A stretch of 64,000 nt of DNA from Chloroflexota bacterium. Lineage in GTDB: Bacteria; Chloroflexota; Dormibacteria; CF-121. Below the pieces are notes generated by a model. The model saw nothing but the letters and a program-made list of their open reading frames with translations, was not told the DNA's origin and searched no databases. Position numbers and translations under genes: made by a program. The stretch's first letter is position 1. The number at the start of each line of letters is the position of its first letter. The stretch covers positions 2,998 through 66,997 of the forward strand of contig VBDZ01000001.1 in NCBI GenBank assembly GCA_005881215.1, in the 5' to 3' direction. Shown here piece after piece: positions 1-8,915 of the stretch.

Positions 1-978
1 GTTGACCAGGAGGCCACGGCCAGGGTCCGCCAGTCCTTTCTCGCAACGCTGCACCGCTTCACCCCGGATCTTGCCGCCGCGCCGGACCCTGGCTGTGCCT
101 TTCTCCGCCTCGATCGGCTCACCCTGCGCTGGCCGGACCGGGCCCGACTGCTGGCGGCAATCACCCGCACCATCGATGAGGTGATCGGCATGGCGCCGGT
201 GCTGGGCGTGGCGTGCTCGATGTTCGTCAGCGACGTCGCGGCCAAACACGCGACACCGGGCACGCCGGTGGTCGTGGAGCCTGACCAGACACGCGCCTAT
301 CTCGCCCGCTTCCCGATCGACACGCTGCCGCTCGATGACGACCTGCGTGAGTACCTCGAGCTGCTCGGGGTGCGGACCATCGGCCGGTTGCAGGCGATTT
401 CGCGTCCGGCGTTCCGGCGTCAGTTCGGCATCAAGGCGCTGGACGTCTATGACCTGGCCATGGGTACGGATCGACGCCGGCTTCAGCGCTTTAGACCACC
501 GGTTCGGATCGAGGCGAGCGAGCCACTCGAGCCACCGGTCGACAACACGCAGGCGCTGCAATTCATCGCCCGGGCGCTGGCGGAGCAGGTTAGCGGGTCG
601 CTGCTGGCCCAGGGCCTGGGCACGCGCGCGGTCCGCATCATGCTCAACCAGGAATCCGCGCCGGTGCTTACGGTTGAGGTGCGCTACGCGTACCCGGTGA
701 CGACCGCGGCGGAACTCTTCGATGGCGTCAGGCCGCGGTTGCTGCGCGCCTCGATCATCGCCCCCCTGGAGCGGATCACGTTGCGCGCCGGCCGGCTCGA
801 GCCGGCGTATATCCGGCAGCCTGGATTGTTGATCCGTCGCGATGGCTTCCAGGAATCGATTGCCGACGCGGTCGCGCGATTGCAGGAGGAATATGGCTCC
901 CTTATGGTTCAGCGCGCCGAGGTTCGCTCGGATGCGGCCCCGCTTCCCGACCACCGAATCCTCTGGAAACCGGCATGA
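1..978 (+). CDS. imuB: ImuB-like (catalytically inactive Y-family polymerase homolog), C-terminal ~326 codons; 5' end lies upstream of the window
   Basis: Frame 1 is open from nt 1 with no stop, so the listed 181..978 ORF is only the tail. It has a Y-family thumb/HhH-like segment (LREYLELLGVRTIGRLQAIS) and little-finger-like beta-rich segments, and lies immediately upstream of dnaE2 in the classic cassette order. Confidence 0.65.
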   Translation, partial: VDQEATARVRQSFLATLHRFTPDLAAAPDPGCAFLRLDRLTLRWPDRARLLAAITRTIDEVIGMAPVLGVACSMFVSDVAAKHATPGTPVVVEPDQTRAYLARFPIDTLPLDDDLREYLELLGVRTIGRLQAISRPAFRRQFGIKALDVYDLAMGTDRRRLQRFRPPVRIEASEPLEPPVDNTQALQFIARALAEQVSGSLLAQGLGTRAVRIMLNQESAPVLTVEVRYAYPVTTAAELFDGVRPRLLRASIIAPLERITLRAGRLEPAYIRQPGLLIRRDGFQESIADAVARLQEEYGSLMVQRAEVRSDAAPLPDHRILWKPA

Positions 979-1229
979 CCGAGCTGCTGGCACCGGCTCG
1001 ACCGGTGCGGGTGCGCCTCGATGCAGCCGGAATTCCGACACACCTCGAGTCGGCCGCGGGCTGGCAGGCCGTGACCCGAGTGCTCAACCGCTGGCGGATC
1101 GATTGCGACTGGTGGCGCAGTCCGGTCTCCCGTGAATACTGGCGGCTGCTGATCGACGACGAGCTGGCGATCGAGTGCTACTGCAATCGCGCCAGCGACG
1201 ACTGGTTTGTCGAACGCGTCTATGACTGA
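975..1229 (+). CDS. 84-aa Trp/Arg-rich hypothetical protein, translationally coupled between imuB and dnaE2
   Basis: ATGA overlap with the imuB stop (975-978) and ATGACTGA overlap with the dnaE2 ATG at 1222. GC-rich third codon positions are consistent with real coding sequence. Confidence 0.45.
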   Translation: MTELLAPARPVRVRLDAAGIPTHLESAAGWQAVTRVLNRWRIDCDWWRSPVSREYWRLLIDDELAIECYCNRASDDWFVERVYD

Positions 1230-4200
1230 CCCCCTCCCCGTCCCTCCCCACAAGGGGGAGGGAGGTCGTAATTACGTCGAGCTGCACTGTCACTCCAACT
1301 ACTCGTTCCTCGAGGGCGCCTCACATCCCGAGGAACTGGTGGCGCGCGCCCGTGACCTGGAGATGCCGGCGCTCGCCATCACCGATCGCAATGGGTTCTA
1401 CGGCGCGGTCAAGTTCTTTGGCGCCGCCCAGCGGGCGGGCATCCAGCCCATCATCGGCACCGAGCTGACCATCGACGACGGCACCACTCCGCCGAAGGAC
1501 CGGGTGGATTACGACCGGTGGGGCGACCGGCTGCTGCTGCTGGCCGAGGACAAGATCGGCTATATGAGCCTCTGCCGGTTGATCAGTACGGCACAGATGC
1601 CCAATGCCAAGGGCATGGCGCGGTTGCCCGCCAGTGCGCTGACCACCCTGCGTGCCGACCAGCCGGCGCCGGCCAGCCATCACCTGATCGCGCTGGTCGC
1701 CGACCCCAAAGACCGGCTGCCGTTCTACCAGGAGGTGTTCGGTCGCGACCGGGTCTTCATCGAGCTGCACGACCACCTGGCGCCGGACGATCGTTCCCGC
1801 AACCAGGCATTGCTCGACCTGGCCGAGCGGCACCAGGCCCCGCTGGTCATCACCAACGAGGTTTTCTACGCCACCCCGGACCGGCACCGGCTGCACGACG
1901 TACTGACCGCGATCCGCCATCGGACCACGCTCGACGAGGCCCAGCGCTATCTCCACCCCAATGCCGAGTACTACCTCAAGTCGGGAGCTGAGCTGCGAGA
2001 GGCCTTCGGTCGCTACCCAACCTGCGTGGTGGACGAGGGAATGGCGCATGCCGCCGAAATCGCCCAACGGTGCCGGTTCAAGTTCGACCTGGTGGCTGCG
2101 CGCTTCCCGGGCTTCCCGGTGCCGGCCGGCGAGACGCCCTTCTCCTTTCTCTATCGCTTGTGCCAGGACGCGGTCCGCGAAAAGTACAAGCCGGTCACCT
2201 CCGAGGTGGCGGCCCGGCTGCAGAAGGAGCTCGAGGTCATCAACAAGACCGGCTTCGCGGAATTCTTCTTGATCAACTGGGACTTGATGCGGTTCGCCCA
2301 AACCCGCGGCATCCCGGGGCAGGGGCGTGGCTCCGCGGCCGACAGTATCGTCGCCTATTTACTGGGCATCACCCGGGTGGACCCGATCGAGCACAACCTG
2401 CTGTTCGAGCGGTTCCTGCACGAGGAGATGACGACCACGCCGGACATCGACATCGACTTCTCGACGGCGCATCGCGAGCAGGTCATCCAGTACGTCTACG
2501 AAAAATACGGGGCGGAGCGCACCGGGATGGTCTGCAACGTCGTCACCTACCGCCAGCGATCGGCGATTCGCGAGGTGGGCAAGGCGCTGGGCTTCAAGGA
2601 GGAGACGATCGATCACCTGGCGAAATCGGCCTCGGCCTGGCACCCGGAGAGTCCCGAGACGATCGCCCAGGCGGCCGGCTACCCGACGACCAACATCGCG
2701 CAACCCTGGCAGCAATTGTTCGACCTCGCCTCCCAGATCCTCGAATTCCCGCGTCACCTCTCGATCCACGTCGGCGGCATGCTGGTCACGGGCGAGCCGC
2801 TGATCGACATCGTGCCCGTCGAGCGCGCCACCATGCCCGGCCGGATGGTGGTGCAGTTCAACAAGGACGACGTCGAGGAATTGGGCCTGATCAAGATGGA
2901 CATGCTCGGGCTGCGCATGCTCTCGGTCGTTGCCGAGGCGCTCGATCTGATCGAGGCCGACACCGGCGAGCGTCCCGACCTCGACGCGCTCGACCTCAAA
3001 GACCCGCAGGTCTACGAGCTCTGCCAGCAGGCTGATACCATCGGCGTCTTCCAGATCGAGAGCCGGGCCCAGATGCAGACCCTGCCGCGATCGAAGCCTG
3101 AGAGCTTCAACGATCTGGTGGTCGAGGTCGCCATCATCCGCCCCGGACCGATCCAGGGTGACGCGGTCCATCCTTACTTAAGGCGCAAGCAGGGCAAGGA
3201 GCCGGTGATGTACATCCACCCGCGGCTGAAGCCGATCCTCGAGGAGACGCTCGGGGTGGTGCTCTACCAGGAGCAGATCCTGAAGATCTCGATGGACTGT
3301 GCCAGCTTCTCGAGCGCCGAGGCCGACCGTTTCCGCCGGGCGATGAGCAGCCATCGCTCGCACGACCTGATGGGGGCGATCCGCGAGCGTTTTCTCAGCG
3401 GCTGCGCCCAGAACGAGATCCCGCAACCGATCGCCGAGGAGATCTTCACCAAGCTCGCCGCATTCGCCGAGTTCGGTTTCACCAAGTCGCACGCCGCCGC
3501 CTTCGCCCGCACCTGTTACGAGACCGCCTGGCTCAAGCTCCATCACGCGGCCGCGCTCTATGCCGGGCTGCTCAACAACCAGCCGATGGGCTTCTACCAT
3601 CCGCACGTCATCGTGGAAGATGCCAAGCGGCACGACGTCACGATCCTGCCGGTCGACATCAACAAGAGTTATGTGCGCTGCACGGTGGAGAACGGTGCGC
3701 TGCGGCTCGGCTTCAACTACGTGCATGGGGTGGGCGACAAGGCGCTCGAGGTCCTCGAGGAGGCGCAGCTGAAAGGACCGGTCACCTCGCTCGAGGAATT
3801 CTGCCGCCGGATCCGGCTGACCACGCAGTCGCGCAACGGGTTGACGAGGGCGCAGGTGCAAAACCTGGTGCTGGCCGGCGCCTTCGATGCCCTCGAGCCC
3901 AACCGGCGGGAGGCGGTCTGGCGATTCAACGAGCATGCCGACAACTGGCAGCGCTCGCCGATGCTGGCCGAACCGTCAGAAACGGTGCAGTTGGCGCAAA
4001 TGACGCATCGCGAACGGGTGGCGACCGACTACCGGCTGCTCTCGGTCTCGACCACCGACCACCTGATCCATTTCTACCGGCCGCAGTTCGATCGGCTGCG
4101 CGTGATCGACTCCAAGACGATCCGCTCGAGCGTCCGGGACGGTGCGAAGGTCCGTGTCGGTGGCCTGGTCATCACCCGCCAGTCACCGTCGACTGGCAAG

Positions 4201-4428
4201 GAATTCAAGTTCTTCACCCTGGCCGACGAGTTCGGTCACGTCGACGTCATCCTGCGCCCGCCGATCTACCGGCGCTATCGCCAGGTGGCGAACCTCGAGC
4301 CGATCCTGATTATGGATGGGAGGCTGCAGAAGCAGGACGGCGTGCTGAGCGTGCTGGTCGATCACGTCGAAGCTGCGCCCTCTCTTCCCGACGAAGACGT
4401 CTTTCCGAGCTCCCGCAACTATCGCTGA
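1222..4428 (+). CDS. dnaE2: Error-prone DNA polymerase III alpha-type subunit DnaE2
   Basis: N-terminal PHP motif (YVELHCHSNYSFLEGAS). The ~1070-aa length and position after imuB fit DnaE2. An alternative TTG start lies at 1207. Confidence 0.9.
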   Translation: MTDPLPVPPHKGEGGRNYVELHCHSNYSFLEGASHPEELVARARDLEMPALAITDRNGFYGAVKFFGAAQRAGIQPIIGTELTIDDGTTPPKDRVDYDRWGDRLLLLAEDKIGYMSLCRLISTAQMPNAKGMARLPASALTTLRADQPAPASHHLIALVADPKDRLPFYQEVFGRDRVFIELHDHLAPDDRSRNQALLDLAERHQAPLVITNEVFYATPDRHRLHDVLTAIRHRTTLDEAQRYLHPNAEYYLKSGAELREAFGRYPTCVVDEGMAHAAEIAQRCRFKFDLVAARFPGFPVPAGETPFSFLYRLCQDAVREKYKPVTSEVAARLQKELEVINKTGFAEFFLINWDLMRFAQTRGIPGQGRGSAADSIVAYLLGITRVDPIEHNLLFERFLHEEMTTTPDIDIDFSTAHREQVIQYVYEKYGAERTGMVCNVVTYRQRSAIREVGKALGFKEETIDHLAKSASAWHPESPETIAQAAGYPTTNIAQPWQQLFDLASQILEFPRHLSIHVGGMLVTGEPLIDIVPVERATMPGRMVVQFNKDDVEELGLIKMDMLGLRMLSVVAEALDLIEADTGERPDLDALDLKDPQVYELCQQADTIGVFQIESRAQMQTLPRSKPESFNDLVVEVAIIRPGPIQGDAVHPYLRRKQGKEPVMYIHPRLKPILEETLGVVLYQEQILKISMDCASFSSAEADRFRRAMSSHRSHDLMGAIRERFLSGCAQNEIPQPIAEEIFTKLAAFAEFGFTKSHAAAFARTCYETAWLKLHHAAALYAGLLNNQPMGFYHPHVIVEDAKRHDVTILPVDINKSYVRCTVENGALRLGFNYVHGVGDKALEVLEEAQLKGPVTSLEEFCRRIRLTTQSRNGLTRAQVQNLVLAGAFDALEPNRREAVWRFNEHADNWQRSPMLAEPSETVQLAQMTHRERVATDYRLLSVSTTDHLIHFYRPQFDRLRVIDSKTIRSSVRDGAKVRVGGLVITRQSPSTGKEFKFFTLADEFGHVDVILRPPIYRRYRQVANLEPILIMDGRLQKQDGVLSVLVDHVEAAPSLPDEDVFPSSRNYR

Positions 4429-4802
4429 GCCGCGCCGGCTCCGGTCTTCGCGTGTGCCAGAGGATGTTTTGGTTGGTAGAGCCCGATCCGTCCGCCGCCG
4501 GGCAGGGTGATCTCGGTCACCCGGCCCCAGCGCGCCTCGTCGAAGGGGCGCTTGAGCGGCACGCCCTTCCTTTCCAGTGCCTGGGCGGTGGTCTCGATGT
4601 CCTCGCAGAGCAGGTAGAGCTGGTGATGCTCGGGCTGGTCGGTCGGATGGATGGCGACCTCCGTGGGAGGCAGCGCGAAGATCAACCAACCGCCGCCCGA
4701 ATCCACCGAGTCGAGACCGAGCACGTCCTTGAAAAAGGTGCGATCGGCCTCCGGGTCGCGGCTGAAGATCATCGCGTGTGCCCCGGAGATGAGCGCAGTC
4801 AC
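4419..4802 (-). CDS. VOC / glyoxalase-bleomycin-resistance family protein
   Basis: 127 aa with a betaalphabetabetabeta-type sequence (AHAMIFSRD...GGGWLIFALPPTEVAIHP). It converges on dnaE2 with a 10-nt 3' overlap. Confidence 0.7.
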   Translation of the reverse strand: MTALISGAHAMIFSRDPEADRTFFKDVLGLDSVDSGGGWLIFALPPTEVAIHPTDQPEHHQLYLLCEDIETTAQALERKGVPLKRPFDEARWGRVTEITLPGGGRIGLYQPKHPLAHAKTGAGAAQR

Positions 4803-4806
4803 GCCA

Positions 4807-6891
4807 TCAGTCTATGGTGAGGCTCGCCCGGTTTTCACCGTGCCGTGCCAGCAGGTGCGCCGGCCGGCCGCGAACGAAAACACGGTCGACCTCGATGGCG
4901 CCCCATCCCTCGGGGAGTACGACCGGACGCGTGCACCATTCAGCCGGCTCGGCGGCGCTCAGTACCAGGCCGGTGAGGCCGTACAGGCAGCTCATCAAGA
5001 ATCCGCCGAGGTTGGCCATGAAGGGGCCAACGCGCGGCTTGTCGGGGAACCGTTTCAGGCTGAACTCGTTCGTTTCGGAAAACGGATCTTCGACGAAGTC
5101 CGCGTAGCCGCGCTCGAACCAGCGCAACGAGGCGGTGCGATCTCCGACGCGCGCGGCATAGACGCCCAGGAGGGCCGACAGCATCGGCCGGCCGACGTAG
5201 TCGCCGGCGCGGCCCAGATAGAAGTCGATGGTGGCACGTTCGAGTTTCGGGTCGACGGCATAGCCAATGGGGAAGATCCCGGCCAGCGCCTCCGGTGTTG
5301 CAGCCGCCGGGCCTTGCTCCTCCGGCGAGTAGCGGTCGTGGTTGCGAATGAACCCGCGGGCCGCATCGACCGGCAGGTAGAGGCACTCGGCGATGGCGTC
5401 CCAACGCTGCGCGTCCGGGCGGTTCAAGCGGCGTGCGAAGCCGGCCGCCTCGCGCAGGACCATGCTGGCGGCCATGTTCACGTAGGCGTTGTTGTCGACC
5501 GGGTCGGTTTGCTCGGCGATCCCGATGACCTCCTTGATCTCGTAGCCCCGCTCGGACTTCACTGCCCGGCTGACCAGCCAGTTGGCCACGCCCTCGAGCA
5601 CCGGCCACGCCTTCTCGCGCAGGTAGTCGTCATCGCCCGTCGCGTGGACGTAGTGGGCGAACGCCCGTGCCACGCTCAGGCTCACGTGCTGCTCGAAGAC
5701 CAGGTGCGGCGCCGACAGCCGGATCACCTCTTCGCCATGGCGCGGTCCGCTCGCCCAGGGAAACTGCAGGCCTCGGTATCCGTGCAGGGCGGCATTCCGC
5801 TCGGCGGCCCGCAGGCGTTGGGCCCGGTATTCGAGCAGGGCATAGGCGGCCTCGGGCGCCGTCAGCAGCAGGGTGGGAAAGGTAAAGGCTTCGATGTCCC
5901 ACATCACGTGGCCCCGGTAATAGTGGTAGTTCGGCCAGAAGGCCAGCCCGAACATCGAGGTGCTGAAGAGGGAGGACGCGTGGGCGGACGCGTGGAGGTA
6001 GTAGAAGGCCGCGTCGGCAAGCGCCTGCCAGCGCGGGCCGGCGCCGACCAGCTTGATGCGTCCCTTCCAGATCTCCTCCCAGGCGCGGCGGTTTTCGTCG
6101 CGGAGTTTCTGGAAGCCGCGCCGGGCCGCCATCCCCACCAGGCGGGTCGCCTGGCGATGCGGCTCGTGGTGGGCCTGGCTCGGCACCAGGCTGCTGAACT
6201 GCTGGAGGACGTAGGTTAGCCCCGGTCTGGCATCGAGGCGATACGAGGTGGCCAGGGGTGCCAGCGCATCGTGTTCCTCGCGCCGCCGCTCGACACCCTC
6301 GCCACCGTCGAAGCGCGTGACGTAGGCGGCGCCGCAGCTCGACAGGGCGCCGTTGACTTCCCAGAGCATGGATCCGTCGACCACCGGCTGGTCGGCGCCC
6401 GGCGTCGAGGTTTCGCGGGCCAGCCAGCGTCCCTGGATGCCGGTGGGGTCGAGCTTCGCCGTGACCATCAGCCGGCACGGCCGGTCGACGCGGACCCGAA
6501 CCTCCTGCAGGACGACCGAGGGAAGGGACCGGGTGCACAGCGTCAGCACCTCGACAGACGCCGTCGTCTCACCGGATCGAAAGCGAAACCGACTGCTGAG
6601 CTCGCCACACGAAAAGTCGTGGCGCTGTTCGACGAGCTCGCTCTGGCGCGGCAGACGGCTGAGCTGGTGGCCGTCGACGTCGATGTCGCCGCCAATCGGG
6701 TAGGGGCCGCGGGCGAAGCCCTCCCCCTGCTCGACCGGGTCGATCGCGGCGAGCCCGTTGACGATCGCCAGGCCCTCGATCAGCGGGATCGGTCCGGCCC
6801 GCAGCCCGATCAGGCCATTTGAGAGGTAGGCCGGGATGTAATCAGGCCGCCAGGCCGCAACGGCCGGCGGGCTGAGTGGTATCCGGCCGGG
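4807..6891 (-). CDS. Glycoside hydrolase family 65-type protein (kojibiose/trehalose/maltose phosphorylase-like); start codon unresolved
   Basis: GH65 N-terminal and central catalytic-domain motifs are present (YLSNGLIGLR; FWPNYHYYRGHVMWDIEAFTFP; LQFPWASGPRHGEE). The listed ORF runs to 7074, but its first ~60 codons have AT-rich third positions and overlap a better small gene on another frame. Confidence 0.65.
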   Translation of the reverse strand, partial: PGRIPLSPPAVAAWRPDYIPAYLSNGLIGLRAGPIPLIEGLAIVNGLAAIDPVEQGEGFARGPYPIGGDIDVDGHQLSRLPRQSELVEQRHDFSCGELSSRFRFRSGETTASVEVLTLCTRSLPSVVLQEVRVRVDRPCRLMVTAKLDPTGIQGRWLARETSTPGADQPVVDGSMLWEVNGALSSCGAAYVTRFDGGEGVERRREEHDALAPLATSYRLDARPGLTYVLQQFSSLVPSQAHHEPHRQATRLVGMAARRGFQKLRDENRRAWEEIWKGRIKLVGAGPRWQALADAAFYYLHASAHASSLFSTSMFGLAFWPNYHYYRGHVMWDIEAFTFPTLLLTAPEAAYALLEYRAQRLRAAERNAALHGYRGLQFPWASGPRHGEEVIRLSAPHLVFEQHVSLSVARAFAHYVHATGDDDYLREKAWPVLEGVANWLVSRAVKSERGYEIKEVIGIAEQTDPVDNNAYVNMAASMVLREAAGFARRLNRPDAQRWDAIAECLYLPVDAARGFIRNHDRYSPEEQGPAAATPEALAGIFPIGYAVDPKLERATIDFYLGRAGDYVGRPMLSALLGVYAARVGDRTASLRWFERGYADFVEDPFSETNEFSLKRFPDKPRVGPFMANLGGFLMSCLYGLTGLVLSAAEPAEWCTRPVVLPEGWGAIEVDRVFVRGRPAHLLARHGENRASLTID

Positions 6892-6893
6892 CG

Positions 6894-7028
6894 CTATTTC
6901 TTTTTCTTCTTCTTGCGAGCCTGGGCGTTGCTGATCGCCGCCGCCCGGGATTTGGGCATCCCCTTCTTCTTCAGTCCCTCGTAGGTCTTCGGATTCTTGA
7001 TCGACGAGCTCTTCCGCTTTCCTGGCAT
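6894..7028 (-). CDS. 44-aa highly basic small protein (MPGKRKSSSIKNPKTYEGLKKKGMPKSRAAAISNAQARKKKKKK); not in the ORF track
   Basis: ATG at 7028 is preceded by GGAGGTG with a 6-nt spacer. GC3 is strongly biased in this frame and not in the overlapping long-ORF frame. From memory, the SSSIK..YE.L...G.SK..AA.ISNA pattern resembles the N-terminal motif of a conserved actinobacterial small-protein family. Confidence 0.55.
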   Translation of the reverse strand: MPGKRKSSSIKNPKTYEGLKKKGMPKSRAAAISNAQARKKKKKK

Positions 7029-7095
7029 GGCGCACCTCCATGGCTATTCTTACTGTAACGTTTTCTCCCATCATAACTATAACGCGACGGCCGGG
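7029..7095 (-). promoter_or_regulatory. AT-rich island with SD and promoter-like hexamers upstream of the small basic protein gene
   Basis: Local drop in GC (ttatagttatgatgggagaaaacgttacagtaagaatagcc on the minus strand) with a TAAGAAT -10-like element, then GGAGG, then ATG. Confidence 0.3.
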
Positions 7096-7099
7096 GAGC

Positions 7100-8193
7100 T
7101 CAGGCGATACGGCGGCGAAGCGTGGTGGCGGCGGCGAAGATGACCAGGAGAGCGAAGCCGAGCACCACGCCGAAGTCGAGCGCGAGGGACGACCAGCCGA
7201 GGTCGGCGCCCTTGACCATGATGTTGCGCATGCCTTCGACGGCGTAGGTGAGCGGCAGCACGTGCGACAGCAGCTGGAGCGGACCGGGCTCGGTGCTGAC
7301 CGGGAAGATGATGCCGGCGAGAAAGACCTGCGGCACGATGACCAGCGGGATGAATTGCACCGCCTGGAATTCCGTCCGGGCGAACATGCTGAGGAAGATG
7401 CCGAGGTTGACCGCGGCGATCGCCATCAGCGCCTCCATGATGAAGATCAGGGCAACGTTGCCGCTGTTGTGGACGTGCAGCACGATGAGGCTGAAGGCGA
7501 GGACCTCGGCGGCCTGAACCAGCGCCAGGACGGTGAAGCCGAGCATGTAGCCGAGCACGATCTCGGAACGGCGAAGCGGGCTGGCCATCAGCCGCTCGAG
7601 CGTGCCCTGGCCACGCTCCCGTAGAAACGCCACCGCGGTGATCACGAAGACGAGGAAGAACACGACCAGGCCGATGAAGGCGGCGCCAAAGTAATCGAGC
7701 GTATCGAAGGTCGGTCCACCATACAGGTAGCTCACCTTTGGCGCGAAGTGCACCCCGGCGGTGCCCACGAGCGCGGTGAACGACTGACCGACCGCCTGCA
7801 GGATCGACCCCGAGAGCCCGGGCTGGCTGCCCTCGAGACGCACGTCGGGAGCGACGGTATGCGCCTGCTGGGCCTGCGCGGAAAAATCCGGCGGCAGCAC
7901 GATGTAGCCGGCGAGGTCGCCGTTGCGCAACTTGGCCTCGGCATCGCGCTGGGACATCGCCGTTGCCGAAACCGTGGTCGAGTGCTCGAGCTGCGAGGCG
8001 ACGACCGGGCCGAGGGGGCCGGTGTCCTCGTTGACCACACCCATTTGCGGGACGCCACCGCCGCCACGCAGCAGATAGCCGAGCAACGCGAGAATGACGA
8101 GCGGCGCAAAAAAGAGCAGCGCCAGCGTTCGCCGGTCCCGCCGAAATTGGTGCAGCAGCCGCCGGGTGATCGCCGCGACCCGCCGCCGGCTCA
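7100..8193 (-). CDS. ABC-2 type transporter permease
   Basis: Six predicted TM segments and the ABC-2 signature region (LRERGQGTLERLMASPLRRSEIVLGYMLG). The start ATG at 8193 overlaps the ATPase stop as ATGA; the listed 464-aa ORF is an upstream alternate-frame extension. Confidence 0.8.
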
Positions 8194-8913
8194 TGTGGCG
8201 GGTGCCTCCGAGAGCTTGAGAAAGGCATCCTCGAGCCGCTCGACGCCGGCCTTGCGCTTCAGCTCGGCGACGGTCCCTTCGGCGAGCAGCCGCCCGAAGC
8301 GGATCAGTCCGAGCCGGTCGCAACGTTCGGCCTCGTCCATCACGTGGCTTGACACGAGGATCGATGCGCCGTCGCGCGCCATCCGCTGAAAGCGATCCCA
8401 GAGCTGGACCCGAAGCTGCGGATCGACCCCGACGGTCGGTTCGTCGAGCAGGAGCAGGTCGGGCTTGTGGACGAGCGCGCAGGCCAGCGAGCATCGAGTC
8501 CGCATCCCGCCGCTGAGATTGCTCACCACCGAGTCGCGGCGCTCCCAGAGGTCGACGAACTCGAGCGCTTCGCGCACGCCGTCGTGGGCCCCGTAGATCT
8601 CGGCGAAGAACCGGACGTTCTCCGCCGCCGAGAGATCGGGATAGAGGGCCGCCTGCTGGGTCATGTAGCCAACCCGCGCCAGGATGTCGAGAGACGGCAT
8701 CCGCCGGCCCAGGACGGTGACGGTCCCACTGTCGGGAACGATCAGCCCAACCAGGGACCGGATCAGGGTCGTCTTGCCGGCACCGTTCGGGCCGAGGATG
8801 CCGTAGACCTCGCCGCGGCGGATCCGCAGGGTGACGTCGTCAAGGGCGGGCTGCGCGCCGAACCGCTTGCTCACGCCCTCGACCTCGACGGAGTAGGTCG
8901 GCTCAGCGGCCAT
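8191..8913 (-). CDS. ABC transporter ATP-binding protein
   Basis: Walker A (GPNGAGKTT), ABC signature (LSGGMRTR) and Walker B (LLLLDEP) are present. Confidence 0.9.
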   Translation of the reverse strand: MAAEPTYSVEVEGVSKRFGAQPALDDVTLRIRRGEVYGILGPNGAGKTTLIRSLVGLIVPDSGTVTVLGRRMPSLDILARVGYMTQQAALYPDLSAAENVRFFAEIYGAHDGVREALEFVDLWERRDSVVSNLSGGMRTRCSLACALVHKPDLLLLDEPTVGVDPQLRVQLWDRFQRMARDGASILVSSHVMDEAERCDRLGLIRFGRLLAEGTVAELKRKAGVERLEDAFLKLSEAPAT

Positions 8914-8915
8914 GC

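Noticed and set aside
1321-2301. 326-aa minus-strand ORF inside dnaE2 (also 2359..3171 and 3178..3936 minus)
   Set aside because: Antisense to a well-supported DnaE2 coding region. The translation is Gly/Arg/Val/Asp-rich and low complexity, typical of stop-codon-poor antisense frames in high-GC DNA.
4651-6219. 522-aa plus-strand ORF (plus several 100-300 aa ORFs on both strands between 4940 and 6822)
   Set aside because: Entirely nested antisense or in an alternate frame of the GH65 gene. Arg/Ala/Gly/Pro-rich translations without motifs.
7077-8228. 383-aa minus-strand ORF and the 464-aa extension of the ABC-2 permease ORF to 8494
   Set aside because: Alternate frames of the permease/ATPase genes with extreme Arg/Pro/Ala content. 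The permease start at 8193 is fixed by the ATGA overlap with the ATPase stop.
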